Shown: piece after piece, positions 10,690 through 22,544 of the stretch
Layout: every line of letters begins with the position of its first letter
Numbering within the stretch: position 1 is the stretch's first letter
DNA from: Escherichia coli
GTDB lineage: Bacteria; Pseudomonadota; Gammaproteobacteria; Enterobacterales; Enterobacteriaceae
Assembly: GCF_003334785.1 (NCBI RefSeq)
Contig: NZ_QOWV01000005.1
Direction: 5' to 3' (one strand)
Length of the DNA stretch: 64,000 nt
Translations under genes and position numbers: made by a program
Notes under the pieces: model-generated
What the model was told of the DNA's origin: nothing
The model's database searches: none
What the model saw: the letters and a program-made list of their open reading frames with translations, nothing else

Positions 10690-13600
10690 ATGTTAAGGGT
10701 CTACCATTCCAATCGTCTGGACGTGCTGGAAGCGTTGATGGAGTTTATTGTCGAACGCGAACGGCTGGACGATCCTTTCGAACCAGAGATGATTCTGGTG
10801 CAAAGTACCGGTATGGCACAGTGGCTGCAAATGACCCTGTCGCAAAAGTTTGGTATTGCGGCAAACATTGATTTTCCGCTGCCAGCGAGCTTTATCTGGG
10901 ATATGTTCGTCCGGGTGTTACCGGAAATCCCCAAAGAGAGCGCCTTTAACAAACAGAGCATGAGCTGGAAACTGATGACTCTGCTGCCGCAATTGCTGGA
11001 GCGCGAAGACTTTACCCTGTTGCGGCATTATCTGACTGACGATAGCGACAAGCGAAAACTGTTCCAGCTTTCCTCAAAAGCGGCGGACCTGTTTGACCAG
11101 TATCTGGTCTATCGTCCGGACTGGCTGGCACAGTGGGAAACAGGACATTTGGTTGAAGGGCTGGGAGAAGCACAGGCCTGGCAAGCCCCGTTGTGGAAGG
11201 CGCTGGTGGAATATACCCATCAACTCGGGCAACCGCGCTGGCACCGCGCCAATCTCTATCAGCGCTTTATCGAAACGCTGGAGTCCGCGACGACCTGCCC
11301 GCCGGGGTTACCTTCGCGCGTCTTTATATGCGGTATTTCCGCGTTACCGCCTGTTTATCTCCAGGCGCTACAGGCGCTGGGTAAACATATTGAAATCCAT
11401 CTCCTGTTTACCAACCCCTGCCGTTATTACTGGGGCGATATTAAAGATCCTGCTTATCTGGCGAAACTGCTGACCCGTCAGCGTCGACACAGTTTTGAAG
11501 ATCGCGAATTGCCGCTATTTCGTGATAGCGAAAATGCCGGGCAGCTCTTTAACAGCGATGGTGAACAGGATGTCGGCAACCCGCTGCTGGCTTCATGGGG
11601 TAAGCTTGGGCGCGACTACATTTATCTCCTTTCTGACCTGGAGAGCAGCCAGGAGCTGGACGCCTTTGTCGATGTCACGCCAGATAACCTGCTGCATAAC
11701 ATTCAGTCTGACATTCTGGAACTGGAAAACCGCGCCGTTGCTGGTGTGAACATCGAAGAGTTTTCCCGTAGCGATAACAAACGCCCGCTTGATCCACTGG
11801 ATAGCAGTATCACCTTCCACGTTTGCCATAGCCCGCAGCGTGAAGTTGAAGTTTTACACGATCGCCTGCTGGCGATGCTGGAGGAAGACCCGACACTTAC
11901 TCCGCGCGACATCATCGTGATGGTGGCTGATATCGACAGCTACAGTCCGTTTATTCAGGCTGTGTTTGGTAGCGCACCTGCGGATCGTTACCTACCTTAC
12001 GCCATTTCCGACCGTCGTGCGCGGCAGTCACATCCGGTACTGGAAGCGTTTATCAGCCTGTTATCACTGCCTGACAGTCGTTTTGTGTCAGAGGATGTGC
12101 TGGCGTTGCTGGATGTGCCGGTGCTGGCGGCGCGGTTTGACATCACCGAAGAAGGGCTGCGTTATTTACGCCAGTGGGTCAACGAATCCGGCATTCGTTG
12201 GGGCATAGATGACGACAACGTTCGCGAGCTGGAACTCCCCGCCACCGGACAACACACCTGGCGATTTGGCCTGACGCGTATGTTGTTGGGCTACGCGATG
12301 GAGAGCGCGCAGGGCGAGTGGCAATCGGTTCTACCTTATGATGAATCGAGCGGCTTAATTGCAGAACTGGTGGGGCATCTGGCTTCACTGCTAATGCAGC
12401 TAAACATCTGGCGTCGCGGGCTGGCACAGGAGCGTCCGCTGGAAGAGTGGTTGCCGGTTTGTCGCGATATGCTCAACGCCTTCTTCCTGCCGGATGCGGA
12501 AACCGAAGCGGCGATGACGCTGATCGAACAACAATGGCAGGCGATTATCGCCGAAGGTTTAGGTGCGCAGTATGGCGACGCGGTGCCGCTGTCACTATTG
12601 CGTGATGAACTGGCACAGCGTCTGGATCAAGAACGTATCAGCCAGCGTTTTCTCGCCGGACCGGTTAACATTTGTACTCTGATGCCAATGCGTTCAATTC
12701 CGTTCAAAGTGGTTTGCCTGCTGGGAATGAACGACGGCGTTTATCCACGTCAGCTTGCGCCATTGGGCTTTGACCTGATGAGCCAGAAACCGAAGCGTGG
12801 CGACCGTAGCCGTCGCGATGACGACCGCTATCTGTTCCTGGAAGCGTTAATTTCCGCGCAGCAAAAACTCTATATCAGCTATATCGGTCGTTCCATTCAG
12901 GATAACAGTGAGCGTTTCCCGTCGGTACTGGTGCAGGAACTGATCGACTACATCGGGCAAAGTCATTATCTACCGGGCGATGAAGCGCTCAACTGTGATG
13001 AAAGCGAGGCAAGGGTAAAAGCGCATCTTACTTGCCTCCATACCCGGATGCCGTTTGATCCACAAAACTACCAGCCAGGCGAACGACAAAGCTATGCTCG
13101 TGAATGGCTACCTGCGGCCAGCCAGGCTGGTAAAGCACATTCTGAATTTGTTCAGCCGCTGCCGTTTACCTTACCGGAAACCGTGCCGCTGGAAACGCTA
13201 CAACGATTCTGGGCACATCCGGTGCGGGCATTTTTCCAGATGCGTTTGCAGGTGAACTTCCGTACTGAAGACAGCGAAATCCCCGACACCGAGCCATTTA
13301 TTCTGGAAGGACTTAGCCGTTATCAAATCAATCAGCAGTTATTGAATGCACTGGTTGAGCAGGATGATGCCGAACGCTTGTTCCGCCGCTTCCGAGCGGC
13401 AGGGGATTTACCGTATGGCGCTTTTGGTGAAATTTTCTGGGAAACACAGTGCCAGGAGATGCAGCAGCTTGCCGACAGAGTCATTGCCTGTCGCCAGCCG
13501 GGGCAGAGTATGGAAATTGATCTCGCCTGCAACGGTGTGCAGATAACTGGCTGGTTGCCGCAGGTGCAGCCGGATGGCCTGTTGCGCTGGCGTCCCTCTT

Positions 13601-14058
13601 TATTAAGTGTGGCCCAGGGAATGCAACTTTGGCTGGAACACCTTGTCTACTGTGCCAGCGGTGGTAATGGTGAAAGTCGCCTTTTTCTACGCAAAGACGG
13701 CGAGTGGCGTTTTCCGCCGCTTGCAGCCGAACAGGCTTTGCATTACCTCTCACAACTGATTGAGGGGTATCGTGAAGGAATGTCCGCGCCATTGCTGGTG
13801 TTACCTGAAAGTGGCGGCGCGTGGCTAAAAACCTGTTATGACGCGCAAAACGATGCCATGCTGGATGACGATTCCACGTTGCAAAAAGCCCGTACGAAAT
13901 TCCTTCAGGCTTACGAAGGCAACATGATGGTGCGTGGCGAAGGTGATGATATCTGGTATCAAAGGCTCTGGCGGCAATTAACACCAGAGACAATGGAGGC
14001 CATCGTTGAACAGTCGCAACGTTTCCTGTTACCGCTGTTTCGCTTTAATCAGTCATGA
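10690..14058 (+). CDS. recC: Exodeoxyribonuclease V gamma subunit RecC
   Basis: 1122-aa ORF starting MLRVYHSNRLDVLEALMEF; exact RecC length. Confidence 0.97.
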   Translation: MLRVYHSNRLDVLEALMEFIVERERLDDPFEPEMILVQSTGMAQWLQMTLSQKFGIAANIDFPLPASFIWDMFVRVLPEIPKESAFNKQSMSWKLMTLLPQLLEREDFTLLRHYLTDDSDKRKLFQLSSKAADLFDQYLVYRPDWLAQWETGHLVEGLGEAQAWQAPLWKALVEYTHQLGQPRWHRANLYQRFIETLESATTCPPGLPSRVFICGISALPPVYLQALQALGKHIEIHLLFTNPCRYYWGDIKDPAYLAKLLTRQRRHSFEDRELPLFRDSENAGQLFNSDGEQDVGNPLLASWGKLGRDYIYLLSDLESSQELDAFVDVTPDNLLHNIQSDILELENRAVAGVNIEEFSRSDNKRPLDPLDSSITFHVCHSPQREVEVLHDRLLAMLEEDPTLTPRDIIVMVADIDSYSPFIQAVFGSAPADRYLPYAISDRRARQSHPVLEAFISLLSLPDSRFVSEDVLALLDVPVLAARFDITEEGLRYLRQWVNESGIRWGIDDDNVRELELPATGQHTWRFGLTRMLLGYAMESAQGEWQSVLPYDESSGLIAELVGHLASLLMQLNIWRRGLAQERPLEEWLPVCRDMLNAFFLPDAETEAAMTLIEQQWQAIIAEGLGAQYGDAVPLSLLRDELAQRLDQERISQRFLAGPVNICTLMPMRSIPFKVVCLLGMNDGVYPRQLAPLGFDLMSQKPKRGDRSRRDDDRYLFLEALISAQQKLYISYIGRSIQDNSERFPSVLVQELIDYIGQSHYLPGDEALNCDESEARVKAHLTCLHTRMPFDPQNYQPGERQSYAREWLPAASQAGKAHSEFVQPLPFTLPETVPLETLQRFWAHPVRAFFQMRLQVNFRTEDSEIPDTEPFILEGLSRYQINQQLLNALVEQDDAERLFRRFRAAGDLPYGAFGEIFWETQCQEMQQLADRVIACRQPGQSMEIDLACNGVQITGWLPQVQPDGLLRWRPSLLSVAQGMQLWLEHLVYCASGGNGESRLFLRKDGEWRFPPLAAEQALHYLSQLIEGYREGMSAPLLVLPESGGAWLKTCYDAQNDAMLDDDSTLQKARTKFLQAYEGNMMVRGEGDDIWYQRLWRQLTPETMEAIVEQSQRFLLPLFRFNQS

Positions 14059-14233
14059 GTGCTGTATAAAAATTGCGCAATCTATCCGCTTACTTTATGA
14101 TGCGCACCAGTCACGGACTGATGGTTATATAAACATAGGCTGACTCGTGCAGCACAAGATTAAATTCTGGCAGATGATTTGCGTTAACGTGTTGAATCTG
14201 GACAGAAAATTAAGTTGATTATGAGGTCCGTGA

Positions 14234-17122
14234 ATGCCCCGCAGCACCTGGTTCAAAGCATTATTGTTGTTAGTTGCCCTTTGGGCACCCTTAAGTCAGG
14301 CAGAAACGGGATGGCAGCCGATTCAGGAAACCATCCGTAAAAGTGATAAAGATAACCGCCAGTATCAGGCTATACGTCTGGATAACGGTATGGTGGTCTT
14401 GCTGGTTTCTGATCCGCAGGCAGTTAAATCGCTCTCGGCGCTGGTGGTGCCCGTTGGGTCGCTGGAAGATCCCGAGGCGTACCAGGGGCTGGCACATTAC
14501 CTTGAACATATGAGTCTGATGGGGTCGAAAAAGTACCCGCAGGCTGACAGTCTGGCCGAATATCTCAAAATGCACGGCGGTAGTCACAATGCCAGCACTG
14601 CGCCGTATCGCACGGCTTTCTATCTGGAAGTTGAGAACGACGCCTTGCCTGGTGCGGTAGACCGCCTGGCCGATGCTATTGCTGAACCTTTGCTCGACAA
14701 GAAATATGCCGAACGTGAGCGTAATGCGGTGAACGCTGAATTAACCATGGCGCGTACGCGTGACGGGATGCGCATGGCACAGGTCAGCGCAGAAACCATT
14801 AACCCGGCACACCCCGGTTCAAAGTTTTCTGGTGGTAACCTCGAAACTTTAAGCGACAAACCTGGTAATCCGGTGCAGCAGGCGCTGAAAGATTTCCACG
14901 AGAAGTACTATTCCGCCAATTTGATGAAGGCGGTTATTTACAGTAATAAACCGCTGCCGGAGTTGGCAAAAATGGCGGCGGACACCTTTGGTCGCGTGCC
15001 GAACAAAGAGAGCAAAAAACCGGAAATCACCGTGCCGGTAGTCACCGACGCGCAAAAGGGCATTATCATTCATTACGTCCCTGCGCTGCCGCGTAAAGTG
15101 TTGCGCGTTGAGTTTCGCATCGATAACAACTCAGCGAAGTTCCGTAGTAAAACCGATGAATTGATTACCTATCTGATTGGCAATCGCAGCCCAGGTACAC
15201 TTTCTGACTGGCTGCAAAAGCAGGGATTAGTTGAGGGCATTAGCGCCAACTCCGATCCTATCGTCAACGGCAACAGCGGCGTATTAGCGATCTCTGCGTC
15301 TTTAACCGATAAAGGCCTGGCTAATCGCGATCAGGTTGTGGCGGCAATTTTTAGCTATCTCAATCTGTTACGTGAAAAAGGCATTGATAAACAATACTTC
15401 GATGAACTGGCGAATGTGCTGGATATCGACTTCCGTTATCCGTCGATCACCCGTGATATGGATTACGTCGAATGGCTGGCAGATACCATGATTCGCGTTC
15501 CTGTTGAGCATACGCTGGATGCAGTCAATATTGCCGATCGGTACGATGCTAAAGCAGTAAAGGAACGTCTGGCGATGATGACGCCGCAGAATGCGCGTAT
15601 CTGGTATATCAGCCCGAAAGAGCCGCACAACAAAACGGCTTACTTTGTCGATGCGCCGTATCAGGTCGATAAAATCAGCGCACAAACTTTCGCCGACTGG
15701 CAGAAAAAAGCCGCCGACATTGCGCTCTCTTTGCCAGAGCTTAACCCTTATATTCCTGATGATTTCTCGCTGATTAAGTCAGAGAAGAAATACGACCATC
15801 CAGAGCTGATTGTTGATGAGTCGAATCTGCGCGTGGTGTATGCGCCAAGCCGTTATTTTGCCAGCGAGCCCAAAGCTGATGTCAGCCTGATTTTGCGTAA
15901 TCCGAAAGCCATGGACAGCGCCCGCAATCAGGTGATGTTTGCGCTCAATGATTATCTCGCAGGGCTGGCGCTTGATCAGTTAAGCAACCAGGCGTCGGTT
16001 GGTGGCATAAGTTTTTCCACCAACGCTAACAACGGCCTTATGGTTAATGCTAATGGTTACACCCAGCGTCTGCCGCAGCTGTTCCAGGCATTGCTCGAGG
16101 GGTACTTTAGCTATACCGCTACGGAAGATCAGCTTGAGCAGGCGAAGTCCTGGTATAACCAGATGATGGATTCCGCAGAAAAGGGTAAAGCGTTTGAGCA
16201 GGCGATTATGCCCGCGCAGATGCTCTCGCAAGTGCCGTACTTCTCGCGAGATGAACGGCGTAAAATTTTGCCCTCCATTACGTTGAAAGAGGTGCTGGCC
16301 TATCGCGACGCCTTAAAATCAGGGGCTCGACCAGAGTTTATGGTTATCGGCAACATGACCGAGGCCCAGGCAACAACGCTGGCACGCGATGTGCAAAAAC
16401 AGTTGGGCGCTGATGGTTCAGAGTGGTGTCGAAACAAAGATGTAGTGGTCGATAAAAAACAATCCGTCATCTTTGAAAAAGCCGGTAACAGCACCGACTC
16501 CGCACTGGCAGCGGTATTTGTACCGACTGGCTACGATGAATACACCAGCTCAGCCTATAGCTCTCTGTTGGGGCAGATCGTACAGCCGTGGTTCTACAAT
16601 CAGTTGCGTACCGAAGAACAATTGGGCTATGCCGTGTTTGCGTTTCCAATGAGCGTGGGGCGTCAGTGGGGCATGGGCTTCCTTTTGCAAAGCAATGATA
16701 AACAGCCTTCATTCTTGTGGGAGCGTTACAAGGCGTTTTTCCCAACCGCAGAGGCAAAATTGCGAGCGATGAAGCCAGATGAGTTTGCGCAAATCCAGCA
16801 GGCGGTAATTACCCAGATGCTGCAGGCACCGCAAACGCTCGGCGAAGAAGCATCGAAGTTAAGTAAAGATTTCGATCGCGGCAATATGCGCTTCGATTCG
16901 CGTGATAAAATCGTGGCCCAGATAAAACTGCTGACGCCGCAAAAACTTGCTGATTTCTTCCATCAGGCGGTGGTCGAGCCGCAAGGCATGGCTATTCTGT
17001 CGCAGATTTCCGGCAGCCAGAACGGGAAAGCCGAATATGTACACCCTGAAGGCTGGAAAGTGTGGGAGAACGTCAGCGCGTTGCAGCAAACAATGCCCCT
17101 GATGAGTGAAAAGAATGAGTGA
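14234..17122 (+). CDS. ptrA: Protease III (pitrilysin), M16 zinc metalloprotease
   Basis: 962-aa ORF with signal peptide and inverted zinc-binding motif HYLEHM (HxxEH). Confidence 0.96.
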   Translation: MPRSTWFKALLLLVALWAPLSQAETGWQPIQETIRKSDKDNRQYQAIRLDNGMVVLLVSDPQAVKSLSALVVPVGSLEDPEAYQGLAHYLEHMSLMGSKKYPQADSLAEYLKMHGGSHNASTAPYRTAFYLEVENDALPGAVDRLADAIAEPLLDKKYAERERNAVNAELTMARTRDGMRMAQVSAETINPAHPGSKFSGGNLETLSDKPGNPVQQALKDFHEKYYSANLMKAVIYSNKPLPELAKMAADTFGRVPNKESKKPEITVPVVTDAQKGIIIHYVPALPRKVLRVEFRIDNNSAKFRSKTDELITYLIGNRSPGTLSDWLQKQGLVEGISANSDPIVNGNSGVLAISASLTDKGLANRDQVVAAIFSYLNLLREKGIDKQYFDELANVLDIDFRYPSITRDMDYVEWLADTMIRVPVEHTLDAVNIADRYDAKAVKERLAMMTPQNARIWYISPKEPHNKTAYFVDAPYQVDKISAQTFADWQKKAADIALSLPELNPYIPDDFSLIKSEKKYDHPELIVDESNLRVVYAPSRYFASEPKADVSLILRNPKAMDSARNQVMFALNDYLAGLALDQLSNQASVGGISFSTNANNGLMVNANGYTQRLPQLFQALLEGYFSYTATEDQLEQAKSWYNQMMDSAEKGKAFEQAIMPAQMLSQVPYFSRDERRKILPSITLKEVLAYRDALKSGARPEFMVIGNMTEAQATTLARDVQKQLGADGSEWCRNKDVVVDKKQSVIFEKAGNSTDSALAAVFVPTGYDEYTSSAYSSLLGQIVQPWFYNQLRTEEQLGYAVFAFPMSVGRQWGMGFLLQSNDKQPSFLWERYKAFFPTAEAKLRAMKPDEFAQIQQAVITQMLQAPQTLGEEASKLSKDFDRGNMRFDSRDKIVAQIKLLTPQKLADFFHQAVVEPQGMAILSQISGSQNGKAEYVHPEGWKVWENVSALQQTMPLMSEKNE

Positions 17123-20100
17123 TGTCGCCGAGACACTAGATCCTTTGCGCTTGCCCTTACAGGGTGAGCGCCTGATTGAAGCCTCTGCCGGCACAGGCAA
17201 AACCTTTACGATTGCGGCGCTCTATTTGCGCCTGTTACTTGGACTAGGCGGTTCCGCCGCCTTTCCCCGCCCGCTGACCGTTGAAGAACTGCTGGTGGTC
17301 ACCTTTACCGAGGCTGCCACGGCAGAATTGCGCGGTCGTATCCGTAGCAATATCCACGAGTTGCGCATCGCCTGTCTGCGTGAAACCACCGACAATCCAC
17401 TGTACGAACGCCTGCTGGAAGAGATCGACGATAAAGCGCAAGCCGCGCAGTGGTTGTTGTTAGCCGAACGGCAGATGGATGAAGCGGCAGTCTTTACTAT
17501 TCACGGCTTTTGCCAGCGCATGCTCAACCTGAATGCCTTTGAATCCGGCATGCTGTTTGAGCAGCAGCTGATTGAAGATGAGTCTCTGCTACGCTACCAG
17601 GCCTGCGCCGATTTCTGGCGTCGCCACTGCTACCCGCTGCCGCGTGAAATAGCCCAGGTCGTCTTTGAAACCTGGAAAGGGCCGCAGGCGTTGCTGCGCG
17701 ATATTAATCGTTATCTGCAAGGCGAAGCGCCGGTTATCAAAGCACCGCCGCCCGATGATGAAACGCTGGCTTCCCGTCACGCGCAAATTGTGGCGCGTAT
17801 TGATACGGTAAAACAGCAGTGGCGCGACGCAGTGGGTGAACTGGATGCGCTGATCGAATCTTCTGGTATTGATCGACGCAAGTTTAACCGTAGCAATCAG
17901 GCTAAATGGATCGACAAGATCAGCGCCTGGGCAGAAGAAGAGACAAACAGTTATCAGTTGCCGGAGTCGCTGGAAAAATTCTCCCAGCGTTTCTTAGAAG
18001 ATCGCACGAAGGCCGGGGGGGGAACCCCGCGACATCCACTGTTTGAGGCGATCGATCAACTGCTTGCAGAACCATTGTCGATCCGCGATCTGGTGATCAC
18101 CCGCGCATTGGCTGAGATCCGCGAAACAGTAGCGCGTGAAAAACGCCGCCGTGGCGAATTGGGTTTTGATGACATGTTAAGTCGGCTCGATTCCGCGCTG
18201 CGTAGCGAAAGCGGTGAGGTGTTGGCAGCGGCGATCCGTACGCGATTCCCGGTGGCAATGATCGATGAATTTCAGGATACCGACCCCCAGCAGTACCGAA
18301 TTTTTCGCCGTATCTGGCACCATCAGCCGGAAACCGCATTGTTGCTAATTGGCGACCCGAAGCAGGCCATATATGCATTCCGGGGTGCGGATATCTTCAC
18401 TTATATGAAGGCGCGTAGCGAAGTTCACGCCCACTACACTTTAGACACCAACTGGCGTTCCGCACCAGGAATGGTGAACAGCGTGAATAAGCTTTTCAGC
18501 CAGACTGATGACGCGTTCATGTTTCGCGAAATACCGTTTATTCCAGTGAAATCAGCCGGGAAAAATCAGGCGTTACGTTTTGTATTTAAAGGTGAAACAC
18601 AGCCTGCGATGAAAATGTGGCTGATGGAAGGCGAAAGCTGCGGCGTTGGCGATTATCAAAGTACCATGGCGCAGGTATGTGCTGCGCAAATCCGCGACTG
18701 GCTACAAGCCGGACAGCGGGGCGAAGCGTTGCTGATGAACGGCGACGACGCGCGTCCGGTGCGTGCTTCGGACATCAGTGTGCTGGTGCGCAGCCGCCAG
18801 GAGGCCGCCCAGGTGCGCGATGCCTTAACGTTGCTGGAAATCCCTTCCGTTTACCTTTCGAACCGCGACAGTGTTTTTGAAACTCTGGAAGCGCAGGAAA
18901 TGCTTTGGTTGTTGCAGGCGGTGATGACGCCCGAACGTGAGAACACCCTGCGTAGTGCGCTGGCAACGTCAATGATGGGGCTGAACGCGCTGGATATCGA
19001 AACGCTGAACAATGACGAACATGCGTGGGATGTGGTAGTCGAAGAGTTCGATGGTTATCGGCAAATCTGGCGCAAACGTGGCGTTATGCCGATGCTGCGG
19101 GCGCTGATGTCGGCGCGTAACATTGCTGAAAACTTGCTGGCAACGGCAGGCGGTGAGCGGCGTCTTACCGATATCTTGCATATCAGCGAACTGCTACAAG
19201 AAGCCGGAACGCAGCTGGAAAGTGAACATGCGCTGGTACGCTGGTTATCGCAACATATCCTCGAGCCAGACAGTAATGCCTCCAGCCAACAAATGCGTCT
19301 CGAAAGTGATAAACATCTGGTGCAGATTGTCACGATCCACAAATCGAAAGGGCTGGAATATCCATTGGTCTGGCTGCCGTTTATCACCAATTTCCGCGTC
19401 CAGGAGCAGGCGTTTTATCACGATCGCCACTCGTTTGAGGCAGTTCTGGATCTTAATGCTGCGCCAGAAAGCGTCGACCTCGCGGAGGCCGAACGTCTGG
19501 CGGAAGATCTGCGTTTGCTTTACGTGGCGCTGACACGTTCGGTTTGGCATTGCAGTCTCGGCGTTGCACCGCTGGTGCGCCGTCGTGGCGATAAAAAAGG
19601 TGACACCGACGTCCACCAAAGTGCGCTCGGGCGTTTGCTGCAAAAAGGGGAACCGCAAGATGCGGCAGGGCTTCGCACCTGTATTGAAGCGTTATGCGAT
19701 GATGATATTGCCTGGCAAACGGCACAAACTGGTGATAACCAACCCTGGCAGGTTAATGATGTTTCTACAGCAGAGCTGAATGCGAAGACGTTACAACGAT
19801 TGCCCGGCGATAACTGGCGCGTCACCAGCTACTCTGGTTTGCAACAGCGTGGTCACGGTATCGCCCAGGATTTGATGCCTCGGCTGGATGTCGATGCTGC
19901 AGGCGTTGCCAGCGTCGTTGAAGAACCGACGTTAACACCACATCAGTTTCCGCGCGGTGCGTCACCGGGGACGTTCTTGCACAGTTTGTTTGAAGACCTG
20001 GATTTTACCCAGCCGGTTGACCCGAACTGGGTGCGGGAAAAACTGGAACTCGGCGGCTTTGAATCGCAGTGGGAACCGGTATTGACCGAGTGGATCACGG

Positions 20101-20657
20101 CTGTCCTCCAGGCACCTCTCAATGAAACCGGCGTAAGCCTGAGTCAACTTTCCGCCCGCAATAAACAGGTGGAGATGGAGTTTTATCTGCCGATTAGTGA
20201 ACCGCTTATCGCCAGTCAGCTTGATACGTTAATCCGCCAGTTTGACCCGCTATCCGCAGGCTGCCCGCCGCTGGAGTTCATGCAGGTACGTGGCATGTTA
20301 AAAGGCTTTATCGACCTGGTGTTCCGCCACGAAGGGCGTTATTACCTGCTCGACTATAAATCCAACTGGTTGGGTGAAGACAGTTCGGCTTACACCCAAC
20401 AGGCTATGGCAGCGGCAATGCAGGCACACCGCTATGATCTGCAATATCAGCTTTATACCCTGGCGCTGCATCGTTATCTGCGCCATCGCATTGCTGATTA
20501 CGACTATGAGCACCACTTTGGCGGCGTTATTTATCTGTTCCTGCGTGGCGTTGATAAAGAACATCCGCAACAGGGGATTTACACAACCCGACCCAACGCC
20601 GGGTTGATTGCCCTGATGGATGAGATGTTTGCCGGTATGACCCTGGAGGAGGCGTAA
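17115..20657 (+). CDS. recB: Exodeoxyribonuclease V beta subunit RecB (helicase-nuclease)
   Basis: Start at internal Met [13 protein letters not shown] of the track ORF (1180 aa); Walker [11 protein letters not shown]; overlaps ptrA stop by 8 nt. Confidence 0.96.
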
Positions 20658-22483
20658 TGAAATTGCAAAAGCAATTACTGGAAGCTGTGGAGCACAAACA
20701 GCTACGCCCGCTGGATGTGCAATTTGCCCTGACCGTGGCGGGAGATGAACATCCTGCCGTCACCCTCGCGGCGGCACTGTTAAGTCATGATGCCGGAGAG
20801 GGACACGTTTGTTTGCCGCTTTCACGACTGGAAAATAACGAGGCGTCGCATCCGCTGTTGGCGACCTGTGTCAGTGAAATCGGTGAGCTACAAAATTGGG
20901 AAGAATGCTTGCTGGCTTCTCAAGCGGTCAGCAGGGGAGATGAACCCACGCCGATGATCCTCTGTGGCGATCGTCTTTATTTGAATCGCATGTGGTGTAA
21001 CGAGCGCACAGTGGCACGCTTTTTCAACGAAGTGAATCATGCCATTGAGGTTGATGAAGCTCTACTGGCGCAAACCCTGGACAAACTTTTTCCAGTAAGC
21101 GATGAAATTAACTGGCAAAAAGTTGCGGCGGCAGTGGCGCTGACGCGGCGGATCTCGGTGATTTCCGGCGGCCCTGGCACCGGTAAAACGACCACCGTAG
21201 CGAAGTTGCTGGCAGCGTTAATTCAAATGGCCGACGGCGAACGCTGCCGTATCCGTCTGGCTGCACCAACGGGTAAAGCTGCCGCGCGCTTAACCGAATC
21301 TCTCGGCAAGGCTTTGCGACAGTTACCGCTGACCGATGAACAAAAGAAACGCATTCCGGAAGATGCCAGCACTTTGCACCGATTGCTGGGCGCGCAGCCG
21401 GGTAGCCAGCGTTTACGTCATCATGCCGGTAACCCGCTGCATCTTGATGTGCTGGTGGTAGATGAAGCGTCAATGATCGATCTGCCTATGATGTCGAGAC
21501 TGATCGACGCCTTGCCCGATCATGCGCGAGTGATCTTTCTCGGCGATCGTGATCAACTGGCCTCGGTTGAGGCTGGGGCTGTGCTGGGCGATATCTGCGC
21601 TTATGCCAACGCGGGCTTTACCGCCGAGCGTGCCAGGCAGCTAAGCCGCCTGACGGGGACTCACGTTCCGGCAGGAACCGGCACAGAAGCGGCATCTTTG
21701 CGCGACAGTCTCTGCCTGCTGCAAAAAAGCTATCGTTTCGGCAGCGATTCTGGCATTGGTCAGTTAGCTGCGGCGATCAACCGTGGTGATAAAACGGCAG
21801 TGAAAACCGTTTTTCAGCAGGATTTTACTGATATCGAAAAACGGCTTTTACAGAGCGGCGAAGATTATATTGCGATGCTTGAGGAAGCTCTTGCGGGTTA
21901 CGGACGTTATCTGGATCTGCTGCAAGCGCGTGCCGAGCCGGATTTAATCATTCAGGCGTTCAATGAGTACCAGCTTTTGTGCGCCCTGCGGGAAGGGCCG
22001 TTTGGCGTGGCTGGACTGAATGAGCGAATTGAGCAGTTTATGCAACAGAAGCGCAAAATTCATCGTCATCCGCACTCTCGTTGGTACGAAGGTCGACCGG
22101 TGATGATTGCCCGTAATGACAGCGCGCTTGGGTTGTTTAATGGCGATATCGGTATTGCGCTGGATCGCGGGCAGGGGACGCGCGTCTGGTTTGCGATGCC
22201 GGACGGCAATATTAAGTCTGTGCAACCGAGTCGCTTGCCAGAGCACGAAACTACGTGGGCGATGACGGTACATAAATCGCAGGGATCGGAGTTCGACCAT
22301 GCGGCGTTGATTTTGCCGAGCCAACGCACGCCGGTAGTAACGCGAGAGCTGGTTTATACCGCGGTGACCCGCGCGCGTCGCCGTCTGTCGCTGTATGCCG
22401 ATGAGCGCATATTAAGTGCGGCAATCGCCACTCGTACTGAGCGGCGCAGTGGTCTGGCGGCGTTGTTTAGTTCACGGGAATAA
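20657..22483 (+). CDS. recD: Exodeoxyribonuclease V alpha subunit RecD
   Basis: 608-aa ORF, ATG overlapping recB TAA by 1 nt; Walker [10 protein letters not shown]. Confidence 0.96.
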
Positions 22484-22493
22484 ACGTAATTGC

Positions 22494-22530
22494 CGGATGC
22501 GACGTACGAGTGTTACGCATGTCGCATCCG
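22494..22530. terminator. Palindromic hairpin between convergent recD and argA (bidirectional terminator, REP-like)
   Basis: 10-bp inverted repeat CGGATGCGAC ... GTCGCATCCG, followed by TTTT. Confidence 0.55.
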
Positions 22531-22544
22531 ACGATTTTCATCGC

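Noticed and set aside
13481-13993. 170-aa minus-strand ORF inside recC
   Set aside because: Antisense to recC with no recognisable features; treated as spurious.
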